64,000 nucleotides of DNA, taken from assembly GCA_051362555.1 (NCBI GenBank), contig CM120640.1, positions 65,574,788 to 65,638,787 on the forward strand, written 5' to 3'. The stretch is from Lingula anatina. Taxonomy: Eukaryota > Animalia > Brachiopoda. Of the stretch, positions 14,900 to 28,200 are shown one piece after another (position 1 is the stretch's first letter; each line of letters begins with the position of its first letter). Below the pieces are notes generated by a model. The model saw nothing but the letters and a program-made list of their open reading frames with translations. It was not told the DNA's origin and made no database searches. The translations under genes were made by a program, and so were the position numbers.

Positions 14900-15156
14900 A
14901 TGGGCTCATTCCAAACCAAATTTTTAAGTATCATTCTACATAGATTGATCCATTAACTGTGTGGGGACTTTCGCTGCATGCAATCAGACTACCAGATGAA
15001 CAGGCCTCCTCTTGTTTCCAACCTATTTGTGTAATCAGTTTTTCTGTATACTGAATGCCAGGAGGAGGCAGGTTAATCTGATTCCATTTGATGAGATTCC
15101 CCACAAAGTTGGATCACTCTACATAAAATGAAATTTTCATTTCTGAATGAGCCCAT
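14900..15156. mobile_element. MITE/foldback element with long imperfect inverted arms
   Basis: ATGGGCTCATTC ... GAATGAGCCCAT termini, plus internal complementary blocks (GATCC..TGTGGGGA / TCCCCACA..GGATC). Confidence 0.6.
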
Positions 15157-16105
15157 AAAGTCCATTTTTTATTTTTATTTTTTAATTTAGATTAATCAAA
15201 CAATCAAGGTACTGGTAACAGCCGAGCATTCCAAAATATAACCATTACCTTTACCGGGGTATCTGTCATTGCTTTTGCTGCCAGCATCACCAAGCACTTT
15301 CATCATAAACACTGTAAAAGGAATACTCAGTATAACTAATATTTGCATCATCAAATAATTTTTTTGCACTAGCATTGTTATTTTCTGCTTTAAGTCTGTA
15401 CATTTGACAGTTTTGCTGCCTTGTTATCTTTATAGCTAATATGAGGTGAATACAAGTACATGTAGGTGCACAAAAAGATCAAAATGTTGTGGCCTGTAGG
15501 TGCGTCTATAAGATTCCTCTTAAAGGTACATACGAACCGAGCATCGGTGGAGTGTGGATTCCCAGTAACACATGTAAACCACTTCTACTAGATTCTTATA
15601 TGGCTCTAATAAATTCGACATGCCAAGGGATAAACTGAATAGATCACTCGATCAGCCATAAAAGACCTTTAGACTGCTCCTTTCTTTAAATTTATGGTTG
15701 TAAATTTAACCTACTTCCGTGACCTACTTTCCTACCCCATTGACATACAGCTTAGAAAGCCAGCAGAAAAATCTGTTCAAACATCATTTTCGGGTAAAAT
15801 TAAACAATGCCTTTTGGTAATTCTCTTAGTTATACTACTTGAAACTATATGCTGGCATTTGGTTGGTTTTTGTGACAAAAAATTGACTTTGTATGCACCT
15901 TTAATCTTCTACATGTAGTACATGTATGTCACTGAGTGTTTTGCTCACTGTTAGCTAACCTCCACTTCATGTATGTACTCCCATCAGCATGTTTCTGATG
16001 GCATAATTTTATTTTGTTTATTTTTTTTAAGCAGTGTTAGTTACATCTTACCTCGGTGCACTATATTTTCAGAACCAAAGTACATTGTAGCTGCAGCTAT
16101 TTGCC

Positions 16106-19026
16106 ATGGAGATGCTGATTTTCGTGGTAATAGCATGTCTGATTGCAGTGCTTCCTAAACTCTACATGAAGCTCATAATTGGAGTTTGCAAAAGCAATGT
16201 AGATTTGTCAGGGAAAACTGCCATTGTTACTGGAGCAAATACAGGTACCAGTAATGGTGTTCAAAATAGTCTCAAGATATATAAGTTATTGTTTTCATAC
16301 ATTTTATTTACTATGCAAGTATATCAGGTCAGAGTTTGCAGAGTGCTGCGTAATGTACAGTATGTATGACTCTTTACTTCACCTGTCACTTTCAGCATTT
16401 TTATTATCTGTTGAAAATGCATGTTTTGTCACTGAACACATGCTACATGTATTTGCCCACTGACTGCTATATACACAGGCCAATAGCCAGAGGGGGTTCG
16501 AGAGAACCACCCTTTTGTCAGGAAAAGGCCCATTCCAGGTAAAAATTAATCTAGGTGCACAAAAGTTTCATTGTAAAAGGTCCACTTTTTTGGGAAAAGA
16601 ACCCCTCTTTTGAAATTGTTGGCTACAGGACTGATACATTGCATGTATTACTTATATTGTATTTACAAAACATTTTACTTTTCAGGGTTGGGATATGCTA
16701 CTGCATTATGCTTTGCTAGAAGACATGCCCGAGTAATCCTTGCATGTCAAAATGCAGAGAAGGCAGAAAAAGCAGTAATGAAAATACAAAAGACAACAGG
16801 AAACCAGAACATCACATACAAAGTGATAGACACCAGTGACTTGGCATCAGTCAGGAAATTTGCACAGCAGATAATTCAAGAGGAAAAACACTTAGAAATT
16901 CTTGTGAATAATGCTGGCATAGCAGGTAGAAAATGATTCAAGGAAATGCTGATTACATTTAAAAAAAACACCCTTCAATAAGAAGTCATTGTGCACAACA
17001 TTTTTGTATTTACAATCATATTTACTTAAACCATAGTTATTTATGCTGGCTAAACATGTCAATATTGGCACATGTGATCATTCAATAGGTTATTGTATGC
17101 TCATCAGGTATTTAGTACACATATTGCACCACGCATTTTCTACTATCTTTTCCTTAATATTTTTGTATGAAATGGATCCAATATCTTGGTTTATCTTCTT
17201 TGTTTACTGTGCAGGTCCATTTAGAAGACATACAACAAAGAAAAACATGGAACTCACGATGGCTACAAATTATTTTGGACATTTCCTTCTTACAAACCTT
17301 CTTTTAGGTAACCATTTCATTGTGTTTTTGCATGAGGCAATTTTAAGAGTTTTTTAAAAAGATTATTAGATCTTGAATGTGTACTTCTAAGTATACAACC
17401 CTTAAACTTTTGCTTCTGCATATTAGTTAAAAACATGTTTCTGTTACTGCTCACAAATGCACATTTTATTGCATAGTTTTTTCATGCGCAAGTCAAGTAC
17501 AGTGTAGCCCCACTGTTGCTTTTACTTAAGAGAAGTAAAAATATGTGAAAAAAACTTAATACGTTAACATACACAAAAACTATTTAATTTTCTTAAAATT
17601 CCCCAAAGTTCATTTTCACATATCATTGCATCATTCTACCAATTAGTGGACTATAATTTCAATTTTATTTTAGATTTGCTGAAGAAATCGTCACCAAGCA
17701 GAATTATTAATGTTTCATCATCTGTTCATCGTTGGATTAAGCTAGATCTTTCAGATCTAATGCTTAAAAATTTCTATAATATGCACAAGGCTTATGCCAG
17801 CAGTAAGCTGGCTATGGTGCTGTTTACCAAAGAATTGTCTAAAAGACTAAAGGATCAAGGTATTGTAACAAAGCCCACAATTAATTTTTGAAAAATATTG
17901 TTAACATGCAAGAAATATTTTGCAACAAACAAGTAACATGCTTCTAATTTGTTTCTATATAAAATATTTTATAAATTGAATATTTCAGCCAGTGGCTCTT
18001 GAAGACATTATAAGTGTAATTATAAAGGGCTAATGCAACTGTTTTGTGAAGGCACCTTATACCTCATCATGTGGCAATTGTTGTGATGACAGAATCATTA
18101 CCTTTCTTGATTTAATGTTCAGTGCACAGTGTGAGCATATATGTAAGTACATGTACTATGTACGCTCACACACTAGGAAATAGATCTTTCGGATGGATAA
18201 TAAAGATACAAACTTTATCTGAAAATTCTCATTTCTTTATAGGAGTATCTGTATACAGTGTGGAACCAGGAACTGTTCGAACAGACTTTTTTAACAAATT
18301 CCCTCCTGTCATGAGTGAAATTTTTAGGGTCATTGGTGTCTTTTATTTTAGGGTAAGTACTGTAGATATTGGGGCTCTCTACATTTAACATTTCTGTATT
18401 AACCAATTTGAAAATTCTTGACCATTCTGAAGAAATTTTCAATTTAAATTTTGGAATCTATTGAAGTACTATGAAGGGACCACCTTTCTGAAAAAATATT
18501 TACCTTTGAACCATGTTTGAACTTTATGTGGGTCCAAGACCACAATTCGCATTGCAAGATCAGATTTTTATTAAATTCATTTTGGCAGTGGTACATTTTG
18601 CAAGTATGTGCCCCGACAAGTATAATATAATGAAGTAGACATATCCCATCTTTTCCTTTTTTTTCGATTTGAAGCATGCACTATGTCTTGGGGAGGGACT
18701 TGCATTTTTCTAGGAATGCAGTTTCAGAACCAGATGCAGACCAAAATATGTACCTCTTTTTGTGATTTTGCTTGGTTGTTTGGAGATATGTATGAAAGCT
18801 GATTGTGTTAGCTATTTACTACTTATTTTGATTTCCTTTCCAGAGTCCAGAAGAGGGGGCTCAAACAGCCGTGCACTGTGCTGTAGCAGATGATGTTATT
18901 GGTTTATCTGGGCATCATTTTGCAGAGTGTGCCATCATGGAAGATTGTGCTCAAGCAAAGGATGCTGGGATTGCCAAAAAACTCTGGGAACAAAGTGAAC
19001 AGATATGTGGACTCAGTGAAAACTGA
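16106..19026 (+). CDS. Retinol dehydrogenase 11/12/13/14-like short-chain dehydrogenase; exons 16106-16244, 16686-16925, 17215-17307, 17674-17859, 18243-18352, 18844-19026
   Basis: N-terminal hydrophobic anchor, TGANTGLG Rossmann motif, LVNNAG, TNYFGHFLLTNLL, YASSK catalytic YxxxK, and SPEEGAQT...KKLWEQS C-terminus. Splice sites are canonical. Confidence 0.93.
16476..16633. mobile_element. MITE, same family as 6680-6831
   Basis: CAGGCCAATAGCCAG ... TTGGCTACAGGACTG. Flanked by the 5-bp direct repeat ATACA (16471-16475, 16634-16638). Internal sequence is the reverse complement of the 6680 copy. Confidence 0.7.
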
Positions 19027-19282
19027 ATAGCCCTAATTGTTGACGGAAGAAATTTTTAAATCCTGTATGATCTTTTCTGTGTGCTATTAAGTACTGACAA
19101 AAAGTGAAAAATAATCAGAAAATTTTATTCAACCATAGAGTTGATTGTTTAATCAAGTATGTACAATTATTACAGCTTATGGTGTTACTGTTATTATTAA
19201 AGGACCCAATATGCAGTATTGGCAACTGTCCCAGGTTGGAGAATAATGCCATACTATTATTTACCACATGCTGATATATACC

Positions 19283-19284
<2 letters not shown>

Positions 19285-19320
<36 letters not shown>
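19285..19320. repeat. (TA)n microsatellite
   Basis: Directly visible TA run between the convergent RDH and GATC 3' ends. Confidence 0.95.
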
Positions 19321-19324
<4 letters not shown>

Positions 19325-19479
19325 AAAGACACTTTTATGAATTTATATTAAAGTGTAATAAAACTGAAAAAAAAAAAAAATATGACAACATTCCAAAATG
19401 TGCACATCAAATTTGCTTTTTAGTTAACACTGCACAAGCCTGAGAATTTGTTTTTAATCTAGAACTTTTCTCTCCATTT

Positions 19480-20782
19480 TTATGTTTTTGGCCTGTAACT
19501 TTTCTCTTTCTTCTTCAGTGGTATATTTCCTAAAAAAAAAAAGAAAATAAGAGTTTTTACCTTCAAGTAAAATACTTCACAATATTTAAATATTTTGTTA
19601 AGAAGACAGTATGTGTGATATTTAATAAAATGTGCTATATGAATTTAAGAGTCTTGAGTCATTAATATTAATCTCTATATGAAACCATTCACAACATGTA
19701 CCTGGTGGTGCCACAAAATAATCCTCTTCTACTAAGGCCGCATTTTTCAAAATTTCTTGTTTACAGTTCCCTTCAGTCACTTCATCTTTTCTTAAGTATG
19801 TATTTCTGAAATTGTTTGTCAGGTTTGCTGTCAGTCACATGTTACCAGCACTTCAATCTAGCACTCAAAAATTGTCAATTATCATAAAACTGGCAACTTT
19901 AATTTTTGAGCAAAGAAAATGTGCTTTGATATCATCATTAATGTCAAGAAATTTTATAAGTAAGTTGTTTTTTAACCTGCTTTCTAGTACTGAGTCCATA
20001 GGCTGTACCCCAGTTGTGTCTACCAAAGTGATTTGGTCTGCAAAGCGTATGGCTTTTTCAAGTCTTTCAATTCCTTCTTGATTGTTAAAATCAACTAAAG
20101 CAAGTCTCTCAAGATGGCTTATAGTAGCTTCATCTATTGTTGTTGGCTGTTATGGAAAATAAGAATCAAGATAATCCCATCAAATGATTATAAGTAAGCT
20201 CAATTTTTTATTAAAAGCTAAAAACTCGAAACATGCATTGAAAATAATGCAAAGATAACCGTAAGAAGCAAATTCTATAGATGCAAGTAAACATTACCAA
20301 GTATGATGTCTATGCATTGATGAAAAACATATTTTTGTGTTTGTCGATCAGAGTAACCTGTGCCCACCTTTGGCAGAGTACTTGGATCAATTTGCTTCCA
20401 TGTGGGTTTAGCTGGAACCTACATGTATATGAAAATTAATAAAAATATTAATAAACATCTAAAATTAATAATATGGAGGATGTGTGTGAAGTTAAATGAA
20501 GACATTATGTTGACAGATTACCACTTTATCTCTATGTCAATTTCCAAGCAGCTCGATCGGATGTTTTCAACCATAACAGAATTAAATCGGCAAATCACTA
20601 AGGCAATCTGTTCAATATTCCATCTCAAGTCTTTTAGTCCGAGGGTCAGGCTAGCCGTACTGTGTTGTGAAGTGGTGAAATAATGTGCATACGTAATATA
20701 AAGTGAAATTGTGCATGTTTGACACAACAAAACAGTGTTTGAGAGATATGTCTTTTCTTTGTACATGAAGTGCAGTGCTCTT

Positions 20783-20832
<50 letters not shown>

Positions 20833-20992
20833 CAAGCACAAACATACATGTAATCTGTCTGTCAGCACATAATAACGTATCAACGTAATAAAATACACAC
20901 TGATTTGAAGTCACCTTTGAAGATAAACACCGGTGATTTAATGTTAGCATCCATGTTGACATTTTACTTATGTTGACGTAAAACCTTGTCAT
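19480..20992 (-). CDS. GATC: Mitochondrial glutamyl-tRNA(Gln) amidotransferase subunit C; exons 20992-20915, 20418-20368, 20146-19977, 19805-19702, 19529-19480
   Basis: Spliced translation: [26 protein letters not shown] (presequence-like) VPAKPTW...[10 protein letters not shown]...[11 protein letters not shown]...[13 protein letters not shown]...[11 protein letters not shown]...[14 protein letters not shown], which are typical animal GatC motifs. Confidence 0.93.
20783..20830. repeat. Compound (TC)n(AC)n microsatellite
   Basis: Directly visible in GATC intron 1. Confidence 0.95.
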
Positions 20993-21328
20993 TCTTGGCT
21001 TAGTCGCTCAAAAGTGGCTTTCTGGGTCGTGTTCGTGATAAATAGGTCAAAATACATGTAGTACGTTAGCGGATTAATATTTTGGCAACCTTTTTTTATA
21101 TAAGTCATTTAATGATATTTTTAAAATCTATGTAAAGTCATTTTACCCATTTTTATGGTTTTACTGTATTAAGCACCCTTAAATATTTTATTTAATTGAT
21201 AAAAATGTATAATTTTATACGTCTCGCAAGCATATCCGGTTGGTCTTGAGAAGTTAGTAAGAATTTCCGGTCCATGCTTACTGCCAGAGCAATTACAAAT
21301 TGATTGTTTACATTTTTGTACTTTGAAA

Positions 21329-21961
21329 ATGTTCAGCTTAAGTCAAAAATGTCAACAACTAAAAGAACAATACGACCAGTGTTTCCATAAATGGTTTTCC
21401 GAAAAATTTCTTAGCGGAAGTAAAAGAGATGATTGTGCTGACCTCTTGAAAGAATATTCCCAGTGCGTGAGGGTGAGTAGACTTTTAATTAAAATTTCGA
21501 AATATTTGTGCAAAACATCCATTCAAAGAAATATGATTACACGCACCAATTGTGTTACATGTATTTTGTTGTCTAAAAGAGGAAATTCCCTTTTGCTTCA
21601 GACTTGCTAGAGTTACAGGACCTTTTTAGTAGTTAAGAAGCCCACTTGTCACTGAGATTGTTCTGTTTCTAATTTTCTTTAATTGACGGTGTCATAAGTC
21701 ATAAGCGGTTAAATTATGATTATCTTTCAGTGTTAACACTAATACAAGTACCAGTACAGGTAATTACATATTCAATATTCATGAAAGAATCGGGATCAAT
21801 GTTTGTAAAATCAGCCAGTGTGTTCTATTATTTTTGTATAACTTTGATTTTTTTTCCAGGAAGCCATGAAAGAGCATCATCTTAATTTGGAAGAAATAGA
21901 TCAGACTGTACTTGGAACAGACAAGGAAAAAATAGAACCAGTTGATAAAGAATCAAGTTGA
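21329..21961 (+). CDS. TRIAP1: TRIAP1/Mdm35 mitochondrial intermembrane-space lipid-transfer cofactor; exons 21329-21472, 21860-21961
   Basis: MFSLSQKCQQLKEQYDQCFHKWFSEKFL...CADLLKEYSQCVR|EAMKEHHL...: twin CX9C motif and WFSEKFL signature. Confidence 0.93.
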
Positions 21962-23309
21962 TGAATGGAGGTTATTTATTAACACAACAGACTAGAACAC
22001 TATACACTAAACTGTTATCATGTTGAGTATCAGGATGGATTAAATTTTTGTATTTAGATTATTATGCTGGTCATATGCATATATTTCCACAAAGTTACTG
22101 ACAGAAAGAGATACGACACCTAGGGAGAAATCAGATGTAGCTCATATTTTAAATTTACCTGTGCAAGGACAACAATCCAGCTTATTTGTCAAGGATGTTT
22201 ATATTTTCAAGAAGCTGTTAATCAACAGTCTGGTTAAGGCATAAATGTAAAAACTGTTGAACATTGAAGATTTAATTGAAAACCAGAATTTTTTTTATTG
22301 AACATACAATTTTAAGCCAAACATGCTGTCGAATGAGACTGATGCAATCATGTATTGCTAGTACTGTATATATTTAATGAAAGAAAAGAAAAATTATGTT
22401 CTGTGATTCATGGAATGCTATTTCAAGTCCAGACTCCATTACATAGAAGTATTGCATTTATTGATAAAATCTTGAAAAAGAAAAGCATCATTGTTCATTG
22501 CTGTAATATAAATTATGGATAACATAAAATTTAACTCTGTGTACTGTCAGTTTGTTAGTTATATACTTTTCTATCACTATATCTGTCCAAATTTTATTTT
22601 CCATTCTGCTGACATAGTAATCCAATTCAGGCTGCAGTGGAGATGAGGGTATTTCAGATGTGCAGTAATTTTGCCATTTTACTAAAATCTGGATCATATC
22701 TCTCATGAGCCCCTAGTATAAAAGACAATCATAAAAAAGATATAAAGCACTATTTTAGGTCATTGTGCCAGGAAAAATAGAGAACAATTAAATATGCATA
22801 AATATATCAACTATTAGTATCATACCGCGTGGTGATTTCAAACAATTTTAGAAATTGCTACATCCACATCTTATTTTTTTTTCCAAATCATGGTGCATTG
22901 TACTTGACCCAAGCCAGTCAAGTCATATTTTTATCTGACTATTATTTTAGTTTGCCTGCCATCAAATAGATAAGTGCTTTTGGTCATGTTACATTTACCT
23001 ACCCTGAAGGTGAGTATGAGTTAAAGCTATAGAGGATAATGGGGTGAATGATTGCTATAATACACCCCAATCTATGTAATATGTTTTGCAGTATGTTTCT
23101 TTTAACACTGACAGTTATACATTCACCATCCATTCAAAACATAAATAAAACATGTATGCAAGCTAAAGTTTGAATTTCCTTCTGCCTAAATGAAATTAAT
23201 TAATTCCCACCTTCGTGCGTCTGGGTTGTTGTCCTTGCTCTCCTGTCCAGGAAGTGTTTCACTGTGACAAAATACATACATTATTGATTTTTGCCCTTTT
23301 CATGGCGCG

Positions 23310-23467
23310 TAACAGTTTGAAAGATATCATATATCGCAAATGTCGAGGATTGCCTTGTAACGGTTTGAATGATATTAAGTATGTCAGGGTTTGACATGTA
23401 ACAGTTTGAATGATATCATATATGTCCAGGTTTGGCATGTAACGATTTGAATGATATCATATATGTG
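23310..23467. repeat. Degenerate minisatellite (~40-bp unit, ~4 copies)
   Basis: Repeated TAACAGTTTGAATGATATCATATATG core. Confidence 0.7.
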
Positions 23468-23742
23468 GAGGGTGCATGAATAATAAATAGATGTATTGAT
23501 TTTTTCAGAATTGATGAGATTTTTGAAAATGTCATTTGGTAAACAACATTTAGATAATGACTCGAGGCAATGAGAGCATATGCGGTACAAATCAAATTGC
23601 AATTCATAGAAACGGGCTTTTAGTTTTTAATTTATACAAGAAATGCCTTTAGGATGTTATTTCAGTTTGTTAATCTCTTATTTCCATGTAATTCCAATTT
23701 AAGCATTCTGTCATGCAGATAGGTTCCAACGTTATGAGCAAT

Positions 23743-23782
<40 letters not shown>

Positions 23783-25205
23783 ACATTTAGATCAAGGGCG
23801 AAAAAGTTTGTATTCTGAAGTGTACATGCATTATTTTCGTAAAATTTTAATTTCACAATCTCTCAAACAAGATAACTTAGATCTAATTTGAAACCCTGAC
23901 AGGCTAATAAAATAGAATTTTCTTGATATAACATTCTATCCATCGTCTGTTATCCTAATGAGCGCAGAGAAAGTGCCTAAATTTCATGAGATTAACATTG
24001 GTCATTTAATTAAAATGATTCACTGTAGAAACATTTGTTTAAATAAGTGACTGTATCTATATTCATAAGTCACAAACACGATTTTCCTCTGACATTTTAT
24101 TCCAGATAATTCGCAATAAAGAGAATACAAATACATGTACATGACTTTCTTTGTACAGTCTATGAATATATGGCAAAACATCGAAATAGATTCAAAACAA
24201 ATTAGTTTCATTATTTTTTAAACATACAATGGTTAACCAATCGGGTACAATTCTCTATAAAAAAAAATGAATCCATCATAAGACGGAAGGAGTGGTGCAC
24301 ATCTACTCAGGACAGACACCAGGACCATAATGTCTCTCGCAACACGACAACCGAGGACTACGATAAACCATAGAAGTAGAGAAAACTTCTATGGATAAAC
24401 GTTGTACCATTTCAAATATGTTTTAATAATATGTGCAAATATATACACATTTAATGCTTTTTTGAGTAAATTTCACATTTGAATGCATAAATATATATTT
24501 TTCCTTCAAACAAATTGACAAACGACTTTTGGCAATGTGGGTTATTATCTATATTGCCACAGACAAGAGTACATGCGATGTTAGTAATGTATAAAAATAC
24601 TTTGGACCAGCTACAAACTACTCAGCACGGGCACATGACCTTCACGCTTTTGAACAGGTCATTGTTATATCAATATCTACAATGGATATGCAGAACTTTC
24701 AAAATATACATATACGCATTTCGCAAAACATTTCTTTGGTTAAAGTTAAGATTCTGTGATAATTCACTCTGAATTGATTTGAAAACAATAATAAATTGCA
24801 TTATAGTTCGTTTTACATCTTCATGGGGACGTAGCACATCCTGCCATTTAACGATTTGCTTGTATGTGAAAATTCCAGTATTGTAGGCGTGCAATGGACT
24901 GTATATCCATATCAAGTTAATATCATGGTGATAGCTACATTTGTTTCACTGAAACATATTTTGAGCAATCTCTGAAATAAATCAATCATTCCTTTACTGT
25001 ACACTAAACCGGTAGATAGTAGGACACAAGCCTACAAGGCGGCTGAAATAAGGCACCCTTTTGTCCAAGTCCTATAGCTTCTGCAGTCGTTATGCATTTT
25101 AGATTATATAACGACTGCAACCAATATTTTCATATTGTAAAAATATTGCCCTTTCTTTAAAGTGCACATGGCCTGCATGTGGGAATACTTGGGTGTTTTA
25201 ATCGC

Positions 25206-28200
25206 CTACATCTTAACCATATCATCCATATCAACATTCACTTTGATAAAAATTGTGTCATCTCGAATGTAGTCCAGCGTTGACATCACCTCCAACTCCA
25301 CAAATTTCTGCGCACCAAAGCTTGCGTTTCTATCTCCGGAGGGTCTGCCCAAGAAGGGTTTATTGTCCTTGCAGGTGTTTGGTTTTACTGTATATGTGAC
25401 GTTCCGTCGCGCCGCTGGGTCCTCGCATTGGTCCATCAACGTAAAGGTTACTCGGTGCGAAAAAGGCCACGAGAGTAAGGCATCGGATTCACCTTTGCAA
25501 ATGCACGCAAATAGTGACATAAACTTTCCTCGGGCTGAAAAGAAATCAATAAAAGGCGATTAAAATTTCAAATCGTAATCGACGTAATGTAAAAGTTTCT
25601 TGCTTGATTTGACGAAGACTACGTACATTAAATTTATTCAAAACAAATTGATTCTCAGTGCAAACGGTCCGTTATGAAGTTATTAAAGTGTGTTTCATTT
25701 TATCGATAGGAAAATAGACGACTTTTGTGACAACTTGCCAGTCCTGCAATTTACCTTTGCCATCTCCGAAGAGGCAAGCGGAAAGGGCCATCTTGTACCC
25801 ATTTCGACTGGTGAGGAACGGTTGGCTAAAAATGGTGCGTTTTGTTCCAGCCTTCGCCTCATCGAGCTTCTCTTGGTAGCTGTCGATTTTCCAAACGAAC
25901 TGAGCGCCGTACAACTTCTCAAGACCTTCGATTCTTTTCTCCATTCCTGCAAGTTTTTCGGTGTGGTCCTCCATTGACAGCTTGTACTTATCCAGGATTT
26001 CCTTGTGTCTGGCTATGGTTTCTGCCACCAGGCTTAAATGCATCGTGGGCTCTTCATTGACGTGAGCTGTCAATTTTTTTCTGTTGCACTGAAGATGGAT
26101 ACACATTCCATATTTATGTATGACTTTGTATAACAGCTCTCACAAAAATACAAATCTATCAGAATGCTAAGGTTTCTTTATCTATTTCTACAAACTCTTG
26201 TTTTCAATAAGTCTTATAGAGTCTATCAAAGCACATTTTTGCAATTTAAGTTTTCATAATTATGTCCCGATTCCAATTTCTTTTAAAAATCCAATTTCAA
26301 AAAAATAAAAATAAAAAAATAGGTTTTACTTACCCTGTACTCACATCCGCAGTCCACAAAAGGACAAGGTACTGTCTGCTTCGGGCAATCCCCCTCCATG
26401 TGTTCGGCCACCTAAAACCAACATGAATAGTGTACAAGTGATATATTGAATGTGTACTGCGGGCACATTTGGTGAAATAAACACTTGTTTCAATGTCAAC
26501 CAAAAAACAAGCTCTACCCACCTCCTCTCTGGGTATGTCCTTTCGTTTGCAACCATTTGGGCAAGGGATAGGGAATCTCTTGCAGAGGTTTAGATGTTCA
26601 ATTTCTTCTTCGAACAGAATGTTGCTCTTGCAGAATTCGCAGGCAATTTTCCTCTTTGGACAGTCTTCATCTCTGTGCTTGTCAAGGAAACGTTTTTCAA
26701 ACTCAGCTCCGCAACCTTTGGGGCAAGGAATAACTTTGTACTTGCAATCTTCTTGGTGTGGCTGGCAAATAGATAACGTCGTGTTAGGGAGTTTATCGAA
26801 GTAACCGGGGTTGTTAATTGGTTTTAATAGAAATGAAATCATGAATTTATATGGGCATTTGTTTGCTGTAACGTATTTGTAAAAGTTTCACATTGTGGCA
26901 ACACAAGTTTATCGTTATAATATCTCCTTGCTCCTTCTTTCTGTACGTTATTGTTACTCAGAAATGACGCTTATTGCTAGTGCCTCAAATCATCGATTTT
27001 AAGCAGGTAAATTTCAAAACCAATGAAAATGTGTGGTTTACAGTACTGAAATTCCAATTACCAGACGTACTATTTCTGTTTATTTATATATTCAGTCGGA
27101 CACTACAAATCAAAACAAAAATGTGCCGTTTTTCATTATTGCCGAATCGCAACGCTTACCACTAATTCTTTCAGCGCACCCGTCCATTTGCATCGCCCAT
27201 TGCTGCACTTGACGCCCAGGTGATCAATATCCCGCTGGAACGCCTTGTCCACATAGACCTGGGATAGTTGATAAAAGTCGTTGTGAGAAAAATACTTATA
27301 TCTCCTCCAAACAGTGTAGTATCAGAATCAATTAACGAAATACAATGACAATGACAATATACTGGTTGATTGATTTTGACCAGTTGAGGAGGCTTTTATC
27401 TATGCCAAAGCAATAAGATAGCTGAACTATGGCACGAAGGCTTTCCTAATCATATGTTTTTTTTTTTTTTCACATATTAGCATTTTAGTAACCCCACAAA
27501 ATTTCTTCATAGGTTACCGCTTGCAATTACATTTGGTCATGTCACAGATCAGTACTTTTTACAGTCATTTCGAATTACCGTTTTGAATTCATGGTAAATT
27601 AATTAAAGTAAAATCGTAGTAAATTTCATATGGGTTCAGGATAAATAAAAGCGACCCTAACTTGTTAAATATCAATCATTGTGAGAACAACGTTTTATTT
27701 CCATTTCCAAACAGTCTCCTTCAATGCTTGAAATCTGCAACTTTTTTTGTTCGTTTTTCGTGACATGGAAACTTCAAAATGACTCAGCAATATTTTGATG
27801 CATCAATACAAAGGTGGACGTTTCCTGTATTGCGCAATTTACGGACGGATTGCTTCGCCTGTTTTTAAACGACCTACACTCATCTTAAATAATTTATCTC
27901 CCAAAGCAGAGTCCCATTTGCTTTTTTGTGATTACTTTATACAACCAATTACCCAAATAAAAGAAATAAAAGAGTGACCCCAGTCTTTGCCATTTTCCTT
28001 ATAATCCGTGGAGCATAAGTAATTAATTAAACAATTAATACGTAAATTATAAGTAAATTAATAATCAATATTTGAAAAATGTTAGTCAACCATAGCATCT
28101 TGTATTCGAGATATCTTGTGCAATACCTTTTGCCTTATCAGTTTCAGAATTCCAAAGCTAAAATCATATCCCTTGACGAAAAATAGGGTAACTATTAAAC

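Noticed and set aside
23310-23467. Regularly spaced short repeats resembling a CRISPR array
   Set aside because: The context is eukaryotic, the 'spacers' are similar to each other and there are no cas genes. It is a minisatellite.
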